Positions 1 to 12,200 of a stretch of 64,000 bases of DNA are shown one piece after another. The stretch comes from Mantamonas sphyraenae STR306 (lineage: Eukaryota > Protista > CRuMs), in contig JAPMXV010000073.1 of the NCBI GenBank assembly GCA_026936335.1, positions 1-64,000 on the forward strand, in the 5' to 3' direction. A program made the translations under genes and the position numbers. How positions within the stretch are numbered: the first letter of the stretch is position 1; the number at the start of each line of letters is the position of its first letter. Below the pieces are notes generated by a model, which saw only the letters and a program-made list of their open reading frames with translations, ran no database searches and was not told the origin of the DNA.

Positions 1-130
1 CCTAACCCTAACCCTAACCCTAACCCTAACCCTAACCTAACCCTAACCTAACCCTAACCCTAACCCTAACCCTAACCCTAACCCTAGCCCTGACCCTAAC
101 CCTAACCCTAACCCTAACCCTCTATCCTAA
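1..130 (+). repeat. Telomeric repeat (CCCTAA)n, TTAGGG type, degenerating inward
   Basis: About 20 CCCTAA units at the window start, with variants CCTAA, CCCTAG and CCCTGA. Confidence 0.97.
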
Positions 131-396
131 CGAATTCATTCTCAATGTCGTGATGAGTCCGGTCTATGTTGTGTGAGTTGTGCGTGTGTATACTGTCGGG
201 GTGGCTGAGTTGGGTGGTGACATGGGTCAGTAGGCATTGGGTGGGAGTGGAAATGTTGCTTGTGAGTGGCCGTCGTCCTGCAACGCCGCGCAGTCAGCAC
301 TGCCCATCCGCCTTCAACCAAAGTATCACCAACACCCACAACACCCTCCACCAGTCCAATACAATCCACTTACACTCCACTACCACCGCAACCACC

Positions 397-3300
397 ATGG
401 ACAATGACTACCCGAGCACTCCGAAGCAACAACACACACCCAACACCTACCCAGCGTGCGTTCTGCCTTCCACTCCGTTTTCTGACTGCCCGCCTCTCCA
501 GCTTCCTTGCCTCCTCCATGCCTCCGTCGCTTCCCTGCACTCCTCCCCTGCATCTCCACTTCCCCATCACCACCGCTGCTGCCTCCTCCGCTCTTCTCCG
601 ATCCCCTCTCCCCTGTCACTGCCCTCCCCGTTGCCAGTTTCCCCGTCTGCCAATTTCCTCCGCTTTCCCTCTTTGCTCGTTCCTGCCTCCCTTCACCCCT
701 GCTTCTGCCCTGACGGCGTCCATTTTGCCTTCCGCTCACCGTTTCCATCCCTCCCTGCCCCTCCGCGTCTCCCCACAGCTACGCGTACATGGTCCCTCCC
801 ATGGCTGCCCAGCCGTTTCCGAACATGCTGCCCGTCTCTGGCGTACAAAACCCGTACCAGCACCCACAACCACCCATCATCTGGGTCCCTGTCAACACCC
901 ACTCCCTGCAGCACCACGCATATGCTCATCAGGGCCATCCATACTACGCCTACCCTCCTCCGCCGCCTCCTCAGCCGCGACAAACCGCCCAGATGCACTT
1001 CGCTCAGACTCCGTCGTACCCTCCGCCTGCTCAACCCACCACCAACCACAACCGCGTCCGCAAACGCATCAGTCCTGCCTTTGTGGGCATCACACGGACC
1101 ACATCCACCACCACATCGTCGTCCTCCTCCCACCAGGCCACACGGCAGACTGGAGACGGCGACCACGACGACGCAGACCAGGACACACACACACAAGACA
1201 CCGGCGACGTGGAGGACCTGATGTTCCTGAATTTTGGCCGCCGTGAACCTCGGTCAATCTCCAGCAACTCAGAATGGATGGGCAGCTCACGGATGGAGGC
1301 GTTTGAAGAAGACGGCGAGGCAAACGACGCAACCCAGCAGCACGTGGACGACGAGTTGGAAACTCAGGGCATACTCAGCAATGCAGACACTGGTGATGCC
1401 ATGCATGAGGAGTACATGCCGCAAGAAGAGAGCGACGACGAAGCAGACGACATGGAGCAGGAGGACAGGGACGAATGGCAGCCGCGACGCACGAGAAGAC
1501 CCCGCGCACAACGGCGCAGAGGCCATATCAGCCGTCATGCTGGTCCACAAACGATCAAAGGCGGCGGACAGCGCAGGCGCAGGGTCACGGCTGGCAGTGG
1601 CACTGAGACAGGAACGTCGAGCACACGGGCAAGGAGAGCCATGAACGGAGACACCAGCGCCCAGAAGAAAGCAGGCGGGGCTAACATGAAAAAGTCGCCA
1701 GATGGTGTTGCGCGTACAGGGTGGACAGCGGGACACAACGACGAGCGCAGCCACAGCAACAAGAAGGAGCACACGGCACTGCTGAAGCACATGCACAACT
1801 TGGCCAACGAGCATCCCATTGACGACATTCCGGACCACGTAATCCTGCAGGCGCGTGTTCTGGTCTGCCATGGCACCCTGAACACGCTGGTCCGACAGAT
1901 TCAGCTCACTCTGGGCAACATTCCCCTCTCCCAGGGCGACATGGCCTTCTTTCTCACCCTTCTCGGCCGTGATGTGGATCAACAGGCGTGCAGAGCTGCC
2001 ATCCTCAACGCTGGTCTGGCCATGGGTGTGACCAAGGCTGGGTTGAAGGTGTGCTGGCTGGAGGAACCACACGACCACGGCGACCCCAACTACGCCCTCC
2101 TCCACCTGTTCATGGCAGAGATGGACACCCTTGGCAACAGGCCCCATCCCACCACCTGGAAGGAGCACAAGCAGACCCAGCTGTGGCTGCAGGAAGCACG
2201 ACGCCCTGCTGACAACGACAGCGACCCACACTGGACACAATGCGACTACGACCACCACCTCACCACCACCAACGTGGAAGAGTGGCATCCGGAGTCTGTG
2301 CGCAGTGGTTGGGCAGCGCATAGAACAAGCGACGAGCGTGGCAGCTGCACGGCGCGGGAGTTCCAGACGCTGCTGGCACACATGAAGGCACGCGCAGCCA
2401 AGCACCCTCGCCATCAGCATGCGCACGAGCACCATGCACTGCGTGAGCTGATCGACAACGGCAGCCTGATGTCCCTTGTGCGACACATCATCCTGGCACT
2501 GGGCAACGTTGGCGTGCCTCCTGTCGACCTGGCCTTCTTTGTCCGCCTCCTCAGGCCACCACTCACCTATCAGCAGGTGCAAGGTGCCATCAGCTACAAC
2601 CTCGCTCGTGGCGTCACCTCCCTCTCACTCAAGATCGCCTGGCTCGACACACCCAAACCCAGCGACGCCACACTGCACATCCTCCTGCACACCCTCCTCG
2701 ACCGCATCACACCCTACATCACCACCCGTCCCACCACCGTCGACGCCGTCAAACGCCCTCGACATCCCCGAGCTTATTCTGCCTGAAGCAACAGAGGAGG
2801 AGACGGTGGCCGTGGAGGATGGGCTGCCAGATGGCGTTGTGCGCAGTGGGTGGACAAACTGGCGCAAGAGCGAGCACATGCACAGCAACAAGAAGGAGCA
2901 CACGGCACTGCTGAACCACCTGCACACTCTGGCCAACGAGCATCCCATCGACAACATCCCCGACCTCATGACCCTGCAGGCGCGTGTTGTGGTCTGCCAT
3001 GGCACCCTGACCACGCTCGTCCGACAGATTCAGCTCGCTCTGGGCAACATCCCCCTCTCCCAGGGCGACATGGCACTCTGCCTCACCCTCCTCGGCCGTG
3101 ACATTGATCAACAGGCGTGCAGTCATGCCATCCACGACGCCGGTCTGGCCATGGGTGTGACAAAGGCTGGGTTGAAGGTGTGCTGGCTGGAGGAACCACA
3201 CGACCACGGCGACCCCAACTACGCCCTCCTCCACCTACTCATGGCAGAGATGGACACCCTTGGCAACAGGCCCCATCCCACCACCTGGAAGGAGCACAAG

Positions 3301-5112
3301 CAGACCCAGCTGTGGCTGCAGAAAGCACGACGCCCTGCTGACAACGACAGCGACCCACACTGGACACAATGCGACTACGACCACCACCTCCCCACCCACA
3401 AGGTGGAAAAGTGGCATCCTGAGTCTGTGCGCAGTGGCTGGACCGGTGCTGCAACATGCGACGAGCGTGGCAGCTGCACGGCGCGGGAGTTCCAGACGCT
3501 GCTGGCACACATGAAGGCACGCGCAGCCAAGCACCCTCGCCATCAGCATGCGCACGAGCACCATGCACTGCGTGAGCTGATCGACAACGGCAGCCTGATG
3601 TCCCTTGTGCGACACATCATCCTGGCACTGGGCAACGTTGGCGTGCCTCCTGTCGACCTGGCCTTCTTTGTCCGCCTCCTCAGGCCACCACTCACCTATC
3701 AGCAGGTGCAAGGTGCCATCAGCTACAACCTCGCTCGTGGCGTCACCTCCCTCTCACTCAAGATCGCCTGGCTCGACACACCCAAACCCAGCGACGCCAC
3801 ACTGCACATCCTCCTGCACACCCTCCTCGACCGCATCACACCCTACATCACCACCCGTCCCACCACCGTCGACGCCGTCAACGCCCTCGACATCCCCGAG
3901 CTTATTCTGCCTGAAGCAACAGAGGAGGAGACGGTGGCCGTGGAGGATGGGCTGCCAGATGGCGTTGTGCGCAGTGGGTGGACAAACTGGCGCAAGAGCG
4001 AGCACATGCACAGCAACAAGAAGGAGCACACGGCACTGCTGAACCACCTGCACACTCTGGCCAACGAGCATCCCATCGACAACATCCCCGACCTCATGAC
4101 CCTGCAGGCGCGTGTTGTGGTCTGCCATGGCACCCTGACCACGCTCGTCCGACAGATTCAGCTCGCTCTGGGCAACATCCCCCTCTCCCAGGGCGACATG
4201 GCACTCTGCCTCACCCTCCTCGGCCGTGACATTGATCAACAGGCGTGCAGTCATGCCATCCACGACGCCGGTCTGGCCATGGGTGTGACAAAGGCTGGGT
4301 TGAAGGTGTGCTGGCTGGAGGAACCACACGACCACGGCGACCCCAACTACGCCCTCCTCCACCTACTCATGGCAGAGATGGACACCCTTGGCAACAGGCC
4401 CCATCCCACCACCTGGAAGGAGCACAAGCAGACCCAGCTGTGGCTGCAGAAAGCACGACGCCCTGCTGACAACGACAGCGACCCACACTGGACACAATGC
4501 GACTACGACCACCACCTCCCCACCCACAAGGTGGAAAAGTGGCATCCTGAGTCTGTGCGCAGTGGCTGGACCGGTGCTGCAACATGCGACGAGCGTGGCA
4601 GCTGCACGGCGCGGGAGTTCCAGACGCTGCTGGCACACATGAAGGCACGCGCAGCCAAGCACCCTCGCCATCAGCATGCACACGAGCACCAGGCACTGCG
4701 TGAGCTGATCAACAACGGCAGCCTGATGTCCCTTGTGCAACACATCATCCTGGCGCTGGGCAACGTTGGCGTGCCGCCTGTCGACCTGGCCTTCTTTGTC
4801 CGCCTCCTCAGGCCACGACTCACCTACAAACAGGTCGCACCTGCCATCAGCACCACCCTCACCCGCGGCGTCACCTCCCTCTCCCTCAAGATCGCCTGGC
4901 TCGACAAACCCAAACGCAACGACGCCACACTGCACACCCTCCTCCACACCCTCATCGACCGCATCACACCCCACATCACCACCTGTCCCACCACCCCTGC
5001 ACTCGTCAACGCCTACCCCATCCCCTCCTTCACCCTGCCCAAGCGCAAAAACCCTTCCTCCTCCTCCTCCTCCTCCTCCTCCTCCTCCTCCAAACGCCAG
5101 CGCCTCGAATGA
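397..5112 (+). CDS. Telomere-adjacent repeat-domain protein, copy 1 (P/Q-rich and acidic N-terminus, 6 x ~190-aa domains, poly-Ser/KRQR tail); 1-nt frameshift near 2751
   Basis: Exon 1 at 397-455 (MDNDYPSTPK...), then intron 456-778 (GTGCGT...CACAG) splices in frame to ORF 789-2786. It continues in ORF 2476-5112. There is an extra A in gtcaaacgcc versus gtcaacgcc in the next repeat. Confidence 0.8.
2333..4678 (+). repeat. Near-perfect 1128-bp intragenic tandem duplication
   Basis: Identical shadow ORFs recur 1128-1129 bp apart (2850/3978, 3117/4245, 3260/4388). Confidence 0.9.
5056..5091 (+). repeat. (TCC)n microsatellite encoding poly-Ser; paralogous tract at ~8944-8994
   Basis: Read directly from the sequence. 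Confidence 0.9.
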
Positions 5113-5142
5113 ACCACCCTTTCATTCCCACACCCTTCCCAC

Positions 5143-5333
5143 TCACCCTCCCCTCCCCACCCACCCAGTCACCCTCTCCATCACCTCATTCGGCAGTGTC
5201 ACCCACCCTCCCCACCCTCTCTCCTCCACATACGCCTTCATCCCCCCACACCCAAACATCACCTCCCTCTCCTCCCCGTTCATCACCAACGCCGTCTCAA
5301 TCGCCTCGTCCACCTGTGCACCCCACCCATCCG
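5143..5333 (-). pseudogene. Orphan 3' fragment of the LRR-ANK-F-box-like family
   Basis: GAQVDEAIETALVMNGEEREVMFGCGGMKAYVEERGWGGWVTLPNEVMERVTGWVGRG matches the C-termini of the genes at 16719 and 19264. Confidence 0.88.
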
Positions 5334-5413
5334 CCTTCAACCAAAGTATCACCAACAACAACCTCCACCAGTCCAACACAATCCACATTCACTCCAGTAC
5401 CGCCACCACCACC

Positions 5414-8400
5414 ATGGACAACGACTACTCAAGCACTCCGAAGCAACAACACACACCCAACATCTACCCAACGTGCGTTCTGCCTTCCACTCCGTTTTCT
5501 GACTGCCCGCTTCTCCCGCTTCCTTGCCTCCTCCGTGCTTCCGTCGCTTCCCTGCACTCCTCCCCTGCATCTGCACTTCCCCCTCACCACCGCCGCTGCC
5601 TTCTCCGCTCTTTTCCGATCCCCTCTCTCCTGTCACTGCCCTCCCCGTTGCCAGTTTCCCCGTCTGCCAATCTCCTCCGTTTTCCCCTCTTTGCTCGTTC
5701 TAGCCTCCCTTCACCCCGCTTCTGCCCTGACGGCGTCCATCCCGCCTCCCGCTCACTGTTCCCACCCGCCGTTCCCCTCCCCGTCTCCCCCACAGCTACG
5801 GGTACATGGTCCCTCCCATGGCTGCCCAGCCGTTTCCGAACATGCTGCCCGTCTCTGGCGTACAAAACCCGTTCCAGCACCCCCAACCACCCATCATCTG
5901 GGTCCCTGTCAACACCCACTCCCAGCAGCACCACGCGTATGCTCATCAGGGCCACCCATACTACGCCTACCCTCCTCCGCCGCCTCCTCAGCCGCGACAA
6001 ACCGCCCAGGTGCGCTTCGCTCAGCCTCCGTTTCACCCTCCACCTGCTCAACCCACCACAAACCACAACCGCGTCCCCAAACGCATCAGTCCTGCCTTTG
6101 TCGGCATCACACGGACCACATCCACCACCACATCGTCCTCCTCCTCCCACCAGGCCACACGGCAGACTGGAGACGGCGACGACGGCAACGCAGACCAGGA
6201 CACACACACACATGACACCGGCGACGTGGAAGACCTGATGTTCCTGAACTTTGGCCACCTTGAACCACGGTCAATCTCCAGCAACTCAGAGTGGATGACC
6301 AGCTCAGGGATGGAGGCGTTTGAAGAAGACGGCGAGGCAAACGACGCAACCCAGCAGCACGTGGACGACGAGGTGGAAACTCAGGGCCCACTCTTCATTG
6401 AAGAGACTGGTGATGCCATGGATGAGGAGTACATGCCACACGTCGACAGCGACGACTACACAGACGACACGGAGCAGGAGCATACGGGCGAATGGCAGCC
6501 GAGACTCACAGGTAGGAGCATGAAGCGACGTCGCAGAGGCAACACCAGCCGTCGTACTGTTCCACAAAAGATGAAAGGCAGCGGACAGCGCAGGATCAGG
6601 GTCACGGCTGGCAGTGGCACAGAGACAGGAACGTCGAGCACATTGGCAAGGAGGGCCAAGAACGGAGACACCGGCGCACGGAAGACAGCAAGCGTGTACA
6701 AGACGAGCAAGCTACCAGATGGTGTTGTGCGCAAAGGATGGACAGCGGGAACCAGTGACGAGCGCAGCCGCAGCAACAAGAAGGAGCACACGACACTGCT
6801 GAAGCACATGCACACCCTGGCCAACGAGCATTCAATCGAAGACATCTCCGACCTCATGGCCCTGCAAGCGCGTGTTGTGGTCTGTCATGGCACCACGACC
6901 ACGCTGGTCCGACAGATTCAGCTCGCTCTGGGCAACATTTCCCTCTCCCAGGGAGACATGGCCTTCTTTCTCACCCTTCTCGGCCATGATATGGATCAAC
7001 AGGCGTGCACAAAAGCCATCATCAGCGCTGATCTGGCTGTGGGTGTGACAAAGACTGGGTTGAAGGTGTGCTGGCTGGATGAGCCACACGACCACGGCGA
7101 CCCCAACTACGCCCTCCTCCACCTGCTCATGACAGAGATGGACACTCTCGGCAGCAGAGCCCATCCCACCACCTGGAAGGAGCACGTGCAGACCCAGCTG
7201 TGGCTGCAGGAAGCACGACGCCCTGCTGACAACGACAGCGACCCACACTGGACACAATGCGACTACGACCACCACCTCAACACCACCACGGTGGACAAGT
7301 GGCATCCTGAGCGTGTGCGCAGTGGCTGGAGCATCACTCCGTACAACGACGAGCGTGGCAGCTGCACGGCGCGGGAGTTCCAGACGCTGCTGGCACACAT
7401 GAAGGCACGCGCAGCCAAGTACCCTCGCCATCAGTACACACACGAGCACCAGGCACTGCGTGAGCTGATTAACAACGGCAGCCTGAACTCCCTGCTGCGA
7501 CACATCATCCTGGCGCTGGGCAACGTTGGCGTTCCGCCTCTCGACCTGGCCTTCTTTGTCCGCCTCCTCAGGCCACGTCCCACCTACCAGCAATTATCCC
7601 CTGCCATCAGCGACACTCTCACTCGCGGCGTCACCTCCCTCTCCCTCAAGATAGCCTGGTTGGACAAACCCAAACCCAGCGACGCCACACTGCACACCCT
7701 CCTCCACACCCTCATCGACCGCATCACACCCCACATCACAACACGCCCCACCACCACCCACGCTGTAAACGCCCGCGACATCCCCGACCTTGTTCTGCCC
7801 GAACCAACAGAGGAGGAGAAGGTGGCCGTGGACGATGAACTGCCAGATGGCGTTGTGCGCAGTGGCTGGACTCGCTGGCGCAAGAGCGAGCGCAGCCACA
7901 GCAACAAGAAGGAGCACACGACACTGCTGAAGCACATGCACACCCTGGCGAATGATGATCCCATCGACGACATCCCTGACCTCATGACGCTGCAGGCGCG
8001 TGTTGTGGTCTGCCATGGCACCCTGGTGACGCTGGTCCGACAGATTCAGCTCGCTCTGGGCAACATCCCCCTCTCCCAGGGCGACATGGTCCTCTGCCTT
8101 GCTCTTCTCGGCCGAAATGTGGATCGACTGGCGTGCAGCCAGGCCATCCTCAACGCTGGTCTGGCCATGGGTGTGACAGAGGCTGGGTTGAAGGTGTGTT
8201 GGCTGGAGGAGCCACACGACCACGGCGACCCCAACTACGCCCTCCTCCACCTGCTCATGAATGAGATGGCCACTCTCGGCGACAGGCCCCATCCCACCAC
8301 CTGGAAGGAGCACCAGGAGACCCAGCTGTGGCTGCAGAAAGCCCGACGCCCTGCTGACAACGACAGCGACCCACACTGGACACAATGCGACTACGACCAC

Positions 8401-9015
8401 CGCCTTACCACCACCAAGGTGGAGCAGTGGCACCCTGAGTCTGTGCGCAGTGGCTGGAGCGCAGGAACTCTCAGTGACGAGCGTGGCAGCTGCACGGCGC
8501 GGGAGTTCCAGACGCTGCTGGCACACATGAAGGCACGCGCAGCCAAGCACCCTCGCCATCAGTACGCACACGAGCTCCAGGCACTGCGTGAGCTGATCAA
8601 CAACGGCGACCTGAAGTCCTTGTTGCGACACATCATCCTGGCGCTGGGCAACGTTGGCGTGCCGCCTGTCGAACTGGCCTTCTTTGTCCGTCTCCTTAGG
8701 CCACACCTAACCTACCAACAGGCGTCCAAGGCCATCAAGAACACCCTCACCCGCGGTGTCACCGCCCTCTCCCTCAAGATCGCCTGGCTCGACAACCCCA
8801 AACCCAGCGACGCCACACTGCACACCCTCCTCCACACCCTCATCGACCGCATCACACCCCACATCAACACCCGTCCCACTACCCCCGCACTCGTCAGCGC
8901 CTACCCCATCCCCTCCTTCACCCTGCCCAAGCGCAAAGACCCTTCCTCCTCCTCCTCCTCCTCCTCCTATTCCTCCTCCTCCTCCTCCTCCTCCAAACGC
9001 CAACGCCTCGAATGA
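5414..9015 (+). CDS. Telomere-adjacent repeat-domain protein, copy 2 (4 x ~190-aa domains), intact
   Basis: Exon 1 at 5414-5472 and intron 5473-5795 (323 nt, same length as in copy 1) are in frame with the 1069-aa ORF 5806-9015. Confidence 0.88.
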
Positions 9016-9258
9016 ACCCCTTCTGCCACTCAATCACTCCTCCCCTCCTCTTCCCGCCCACTACCCAATCATCCCCTCGTCGGCAACGGCCCTTCCATTC
9101 ACATTCCTCACGCACACACTCCCATGCAAACCAAAACCCGACACACCCGACCCGGCATTCGCTCCCCACAAACCCGCGCCCGCAGCATGTCGGCATGCAA
9201 GTCGCAAAGCAAGCACTTTGAACCCATTGCCATCACGTCACTCGACAACACGACTGCT

Positions 9259-12200
9259 TTAGTCGTTGTCCACATCCGCGCAGTTTTAAAACGCGTACGC
9301 CAGACGCTGCGACATCACCTCGGTGGTGCCGTATGAGCTCGGCAGATCCAGCTGAAACGAGCACGTGTGCGACTCGGGCAGAGCAGTCTCGGTGTTGCGG
9401 TACGCCGTGCTCAGCGTAAACGTGTAGCTCGCGTCCTCGCCCAACGGCAGACGCGATCGGCCCCACACAAAGCGCAGGAACAGCTGCCTCTCCTCCGGCG
9501 TGTAGTTCTCCATGCACTCCCAGAACATCTTCACCGTCTCGCTGTCCTTCGTGTACCCGCTGTAGTACGTGTGCTTCTTCAGCAGCTCCACCGGCACGTC
9601 GGCAACACCGCACATGCGCAGCTGGATGTCCTGCCACGTAAACAGCGAAAACAGGCGCACCGGCACCATGCCCGTCAGACCCTCGCGGATCCAGCCCACC
9701 TGCGTGTCAAACTCGTTCAGACGAGCCTGCTCCACAAGGCGCACGTACTCGTGGCGGTTCTCAATCGTCACCTTCTTGTGCTTGCCACCCTCCACAAGCT
9801 CCACCTCCGTGTCGTCCGTCAGATGCGTCGTGAACGTCGTGTCAATCACGTCGCCAAACATCTCCGACGTCACGCCCTTCTTGTAATTGTCCACGATGGC
9901 GTCGTTGCACTGCACGCACATCGTGTCCATGGCCACCAGATCCGCACGCGTCACCGGGAACTGCACCAGCTTCTTCCAGAACACAGGCGACATCGCAAGC
10001 TCCATCGTCATGTTCTGGCGCAGACCCACGCCCATCCGCTTGCCCAGGAACTGGTACTGGTCCTTGTACACCTGGCCCTTGCCGCTCGGGTTCGGCACAA
10101 ACGTGACACGGTGCATACCGTTGTCGCTCTTAAAGTTGCCCACATGCACAAGCAGGTCGATGTGCGGCGACTGGATCTCGCGGATCATCTGCGAGAACGT
10201 CTCACGGTACGGTCCGCCTGCATCGATCGACGACTCGCCCGTAAAGCCCAAGTGCCACGCCTGGCTGATCGACCTCTGGCGCAGGTTCTTCGCGTGCGTC
10301 TTGACAGCTGCCGCAATCTGGCCAAACACACTGCCCCAGCGTCTCCTCGCTCGGCTCCTGGTCCCACAGATCCACCGTCTTCTGGCGGTTGATCGTGATG
10401 TCCGGGCGATAGTCGCTGCAGTACGTGCCGTCCATACCCTGCTGCCACAGCTGCAACTTCGGTGCCGTAAACACAAGGCCGCGCGCACGCGAAAAGTCGT
10501 TTGCCAGGCTGAAGCGCGTGTCGATCTGCGTCAGGTCCACAAGCGGCAGGAACACGTTCATCGAGCCGTTGATCTGCTGTAGCACCACAAGGCGCTCCTG
10601 CAGCAACAACGTGTCCATGTCCGACAGGGCGCGGTAGCCAAGCAGCTACTCCTTGCTCGGTGCAAACGACGTCACGTCCTTGATGTCGCTCGGGTCACCG
10701 TCGGGCTTGCTCTTGCGCACAAAGTTCGTCGCCACCTCCACCAGCTGCTGGTCCTCCGTCTTGCCAAACGTGCTGTGGCGCTCCTGGAACGCGTCAAACT
10801 CGCCCTTCATGTTCTCCATGGCCGCCAAAGCGCCCTCCTTCGTGCAGCCAGTCGGGTTCACCGTGAAGCTCACGCCCCACTCCTTGGCGCTGCCGCTCTC
10901 GCTCTTGTTCTCCTTGCCCAGGCTCGCCGGCTTGAAGATCACCTTGTCTCCGGCGTCGTACAGGGAGATCGCAGGGAACAGGTCCTTGTCCGTGGGCAGA
11001 TCCTCGTACGCCTTGCCGTAGTCCGTGTCGTTGTGCTTGAACGAGATCCAGCCCTCGTCCACGGCCACCGTCACCGTGATCGTGTCGCCGCTGTTCATCC
11101 TGCCACCCTACCGAGCTGCTTCCGTCGTGGTACTTGTAGCTGCAGCCATAGTACGACCATGCCTGCGTCGACGACGTCTGGCCAATCCAATAGCTCGGCT
11201 CATGGCCCTGCTCGCTCACGCCCAGCATGATGTTGCCGCTCTGGCACTTTTCAATCTCGCAAATGAAGCTGAAGCGTCCACGCGCAGGTGTCTTGCACAT
11301 GATCGAGCGCCACGTGCAGTGGCTTTCGTCTGCCTCCAGTGTCTTCAGGTCGTCGCTCACACGCAGTGCGTTGTGTGCCGTGCTCTTGTCAAACAGCACC
11401 ATCGGCTTGCACGGGAACACCCAGTAGAACTTGCCCGTGTCAAACTCAAACGTGCGACCGGCCTTCTTCTTCTCCTCGTCGTGGTCATCCGGTAGGTTCG
11501 TCCACATGCCCAGCATGTCTTTGCCCTCCTCGTCGCGCGTGAAGAAGATGTAGTCGCCCTCTGCGACCTTGCACTTCTCGTCCAGCGTCACGCTCACGCT
11601 CGTCACCTGCTCCATCGAAATCTTCTTGCCCTTGCGAGCCTTGTTGTGCGCGCGCTCTCAAACGTCTTGCTGTTGCTCGTGTCCGTCCTCATCAGCACCT
11701 TGGCCACCGCCGTCTCCGACAGCGGCTTGTTGTTCAGCGACCCGTGCAAAAAGTCGGCCACCTCGCCCACGTCCTCAAACCACGTCTGCGTCTCGTCGTC
11801 GTCGCCGCTGCTGCTGCTAGAGCTGCTGCTGCTCGGCTTCTCTTCGCTCTCGCTGCTTGCACCGCCGCTGCTTGCGCCTTCACCACCTTCGACCTCCACT
11901 TCCACAACCTTCACCTCGCCCTCGCTCTCCCTGGCCTTGCCCTTGCCCTTCACATCTGCGGGCGCCGTCTTCTTGCTGCCCGTGGCCAAATGACGTGTGC
12001 TCACCATCAGTTCCACCAGCACCTGCAGGTGTGCAGGCGGCAGCGTGAACGTCTTGCCGCCCGGCTTGGAGCCCTTCTCCTTGTACAGCTCAAACATGGC
12101 CTTGCGCAGCTGCTTGTTCGCGGGAAGGTCGATCACGCCCGTCACGCTGCGCAACACAACTGCAAGCAGGCGCATGATGCGGGTGCCCATGTTGTTGCTG

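Noticed and set aside
131-9015. Telomere-targeting retroelement
   Set aside because: No RT or endonuclease motifs, and the genes contain a spliceosomal intron.
9286-10648. In-frame TAA/TAG in the HECT gene as a non-standard genetic code
   Set aside because: The same gene has frameshifts, and other genes end normally at TAA, TAG or TGA.
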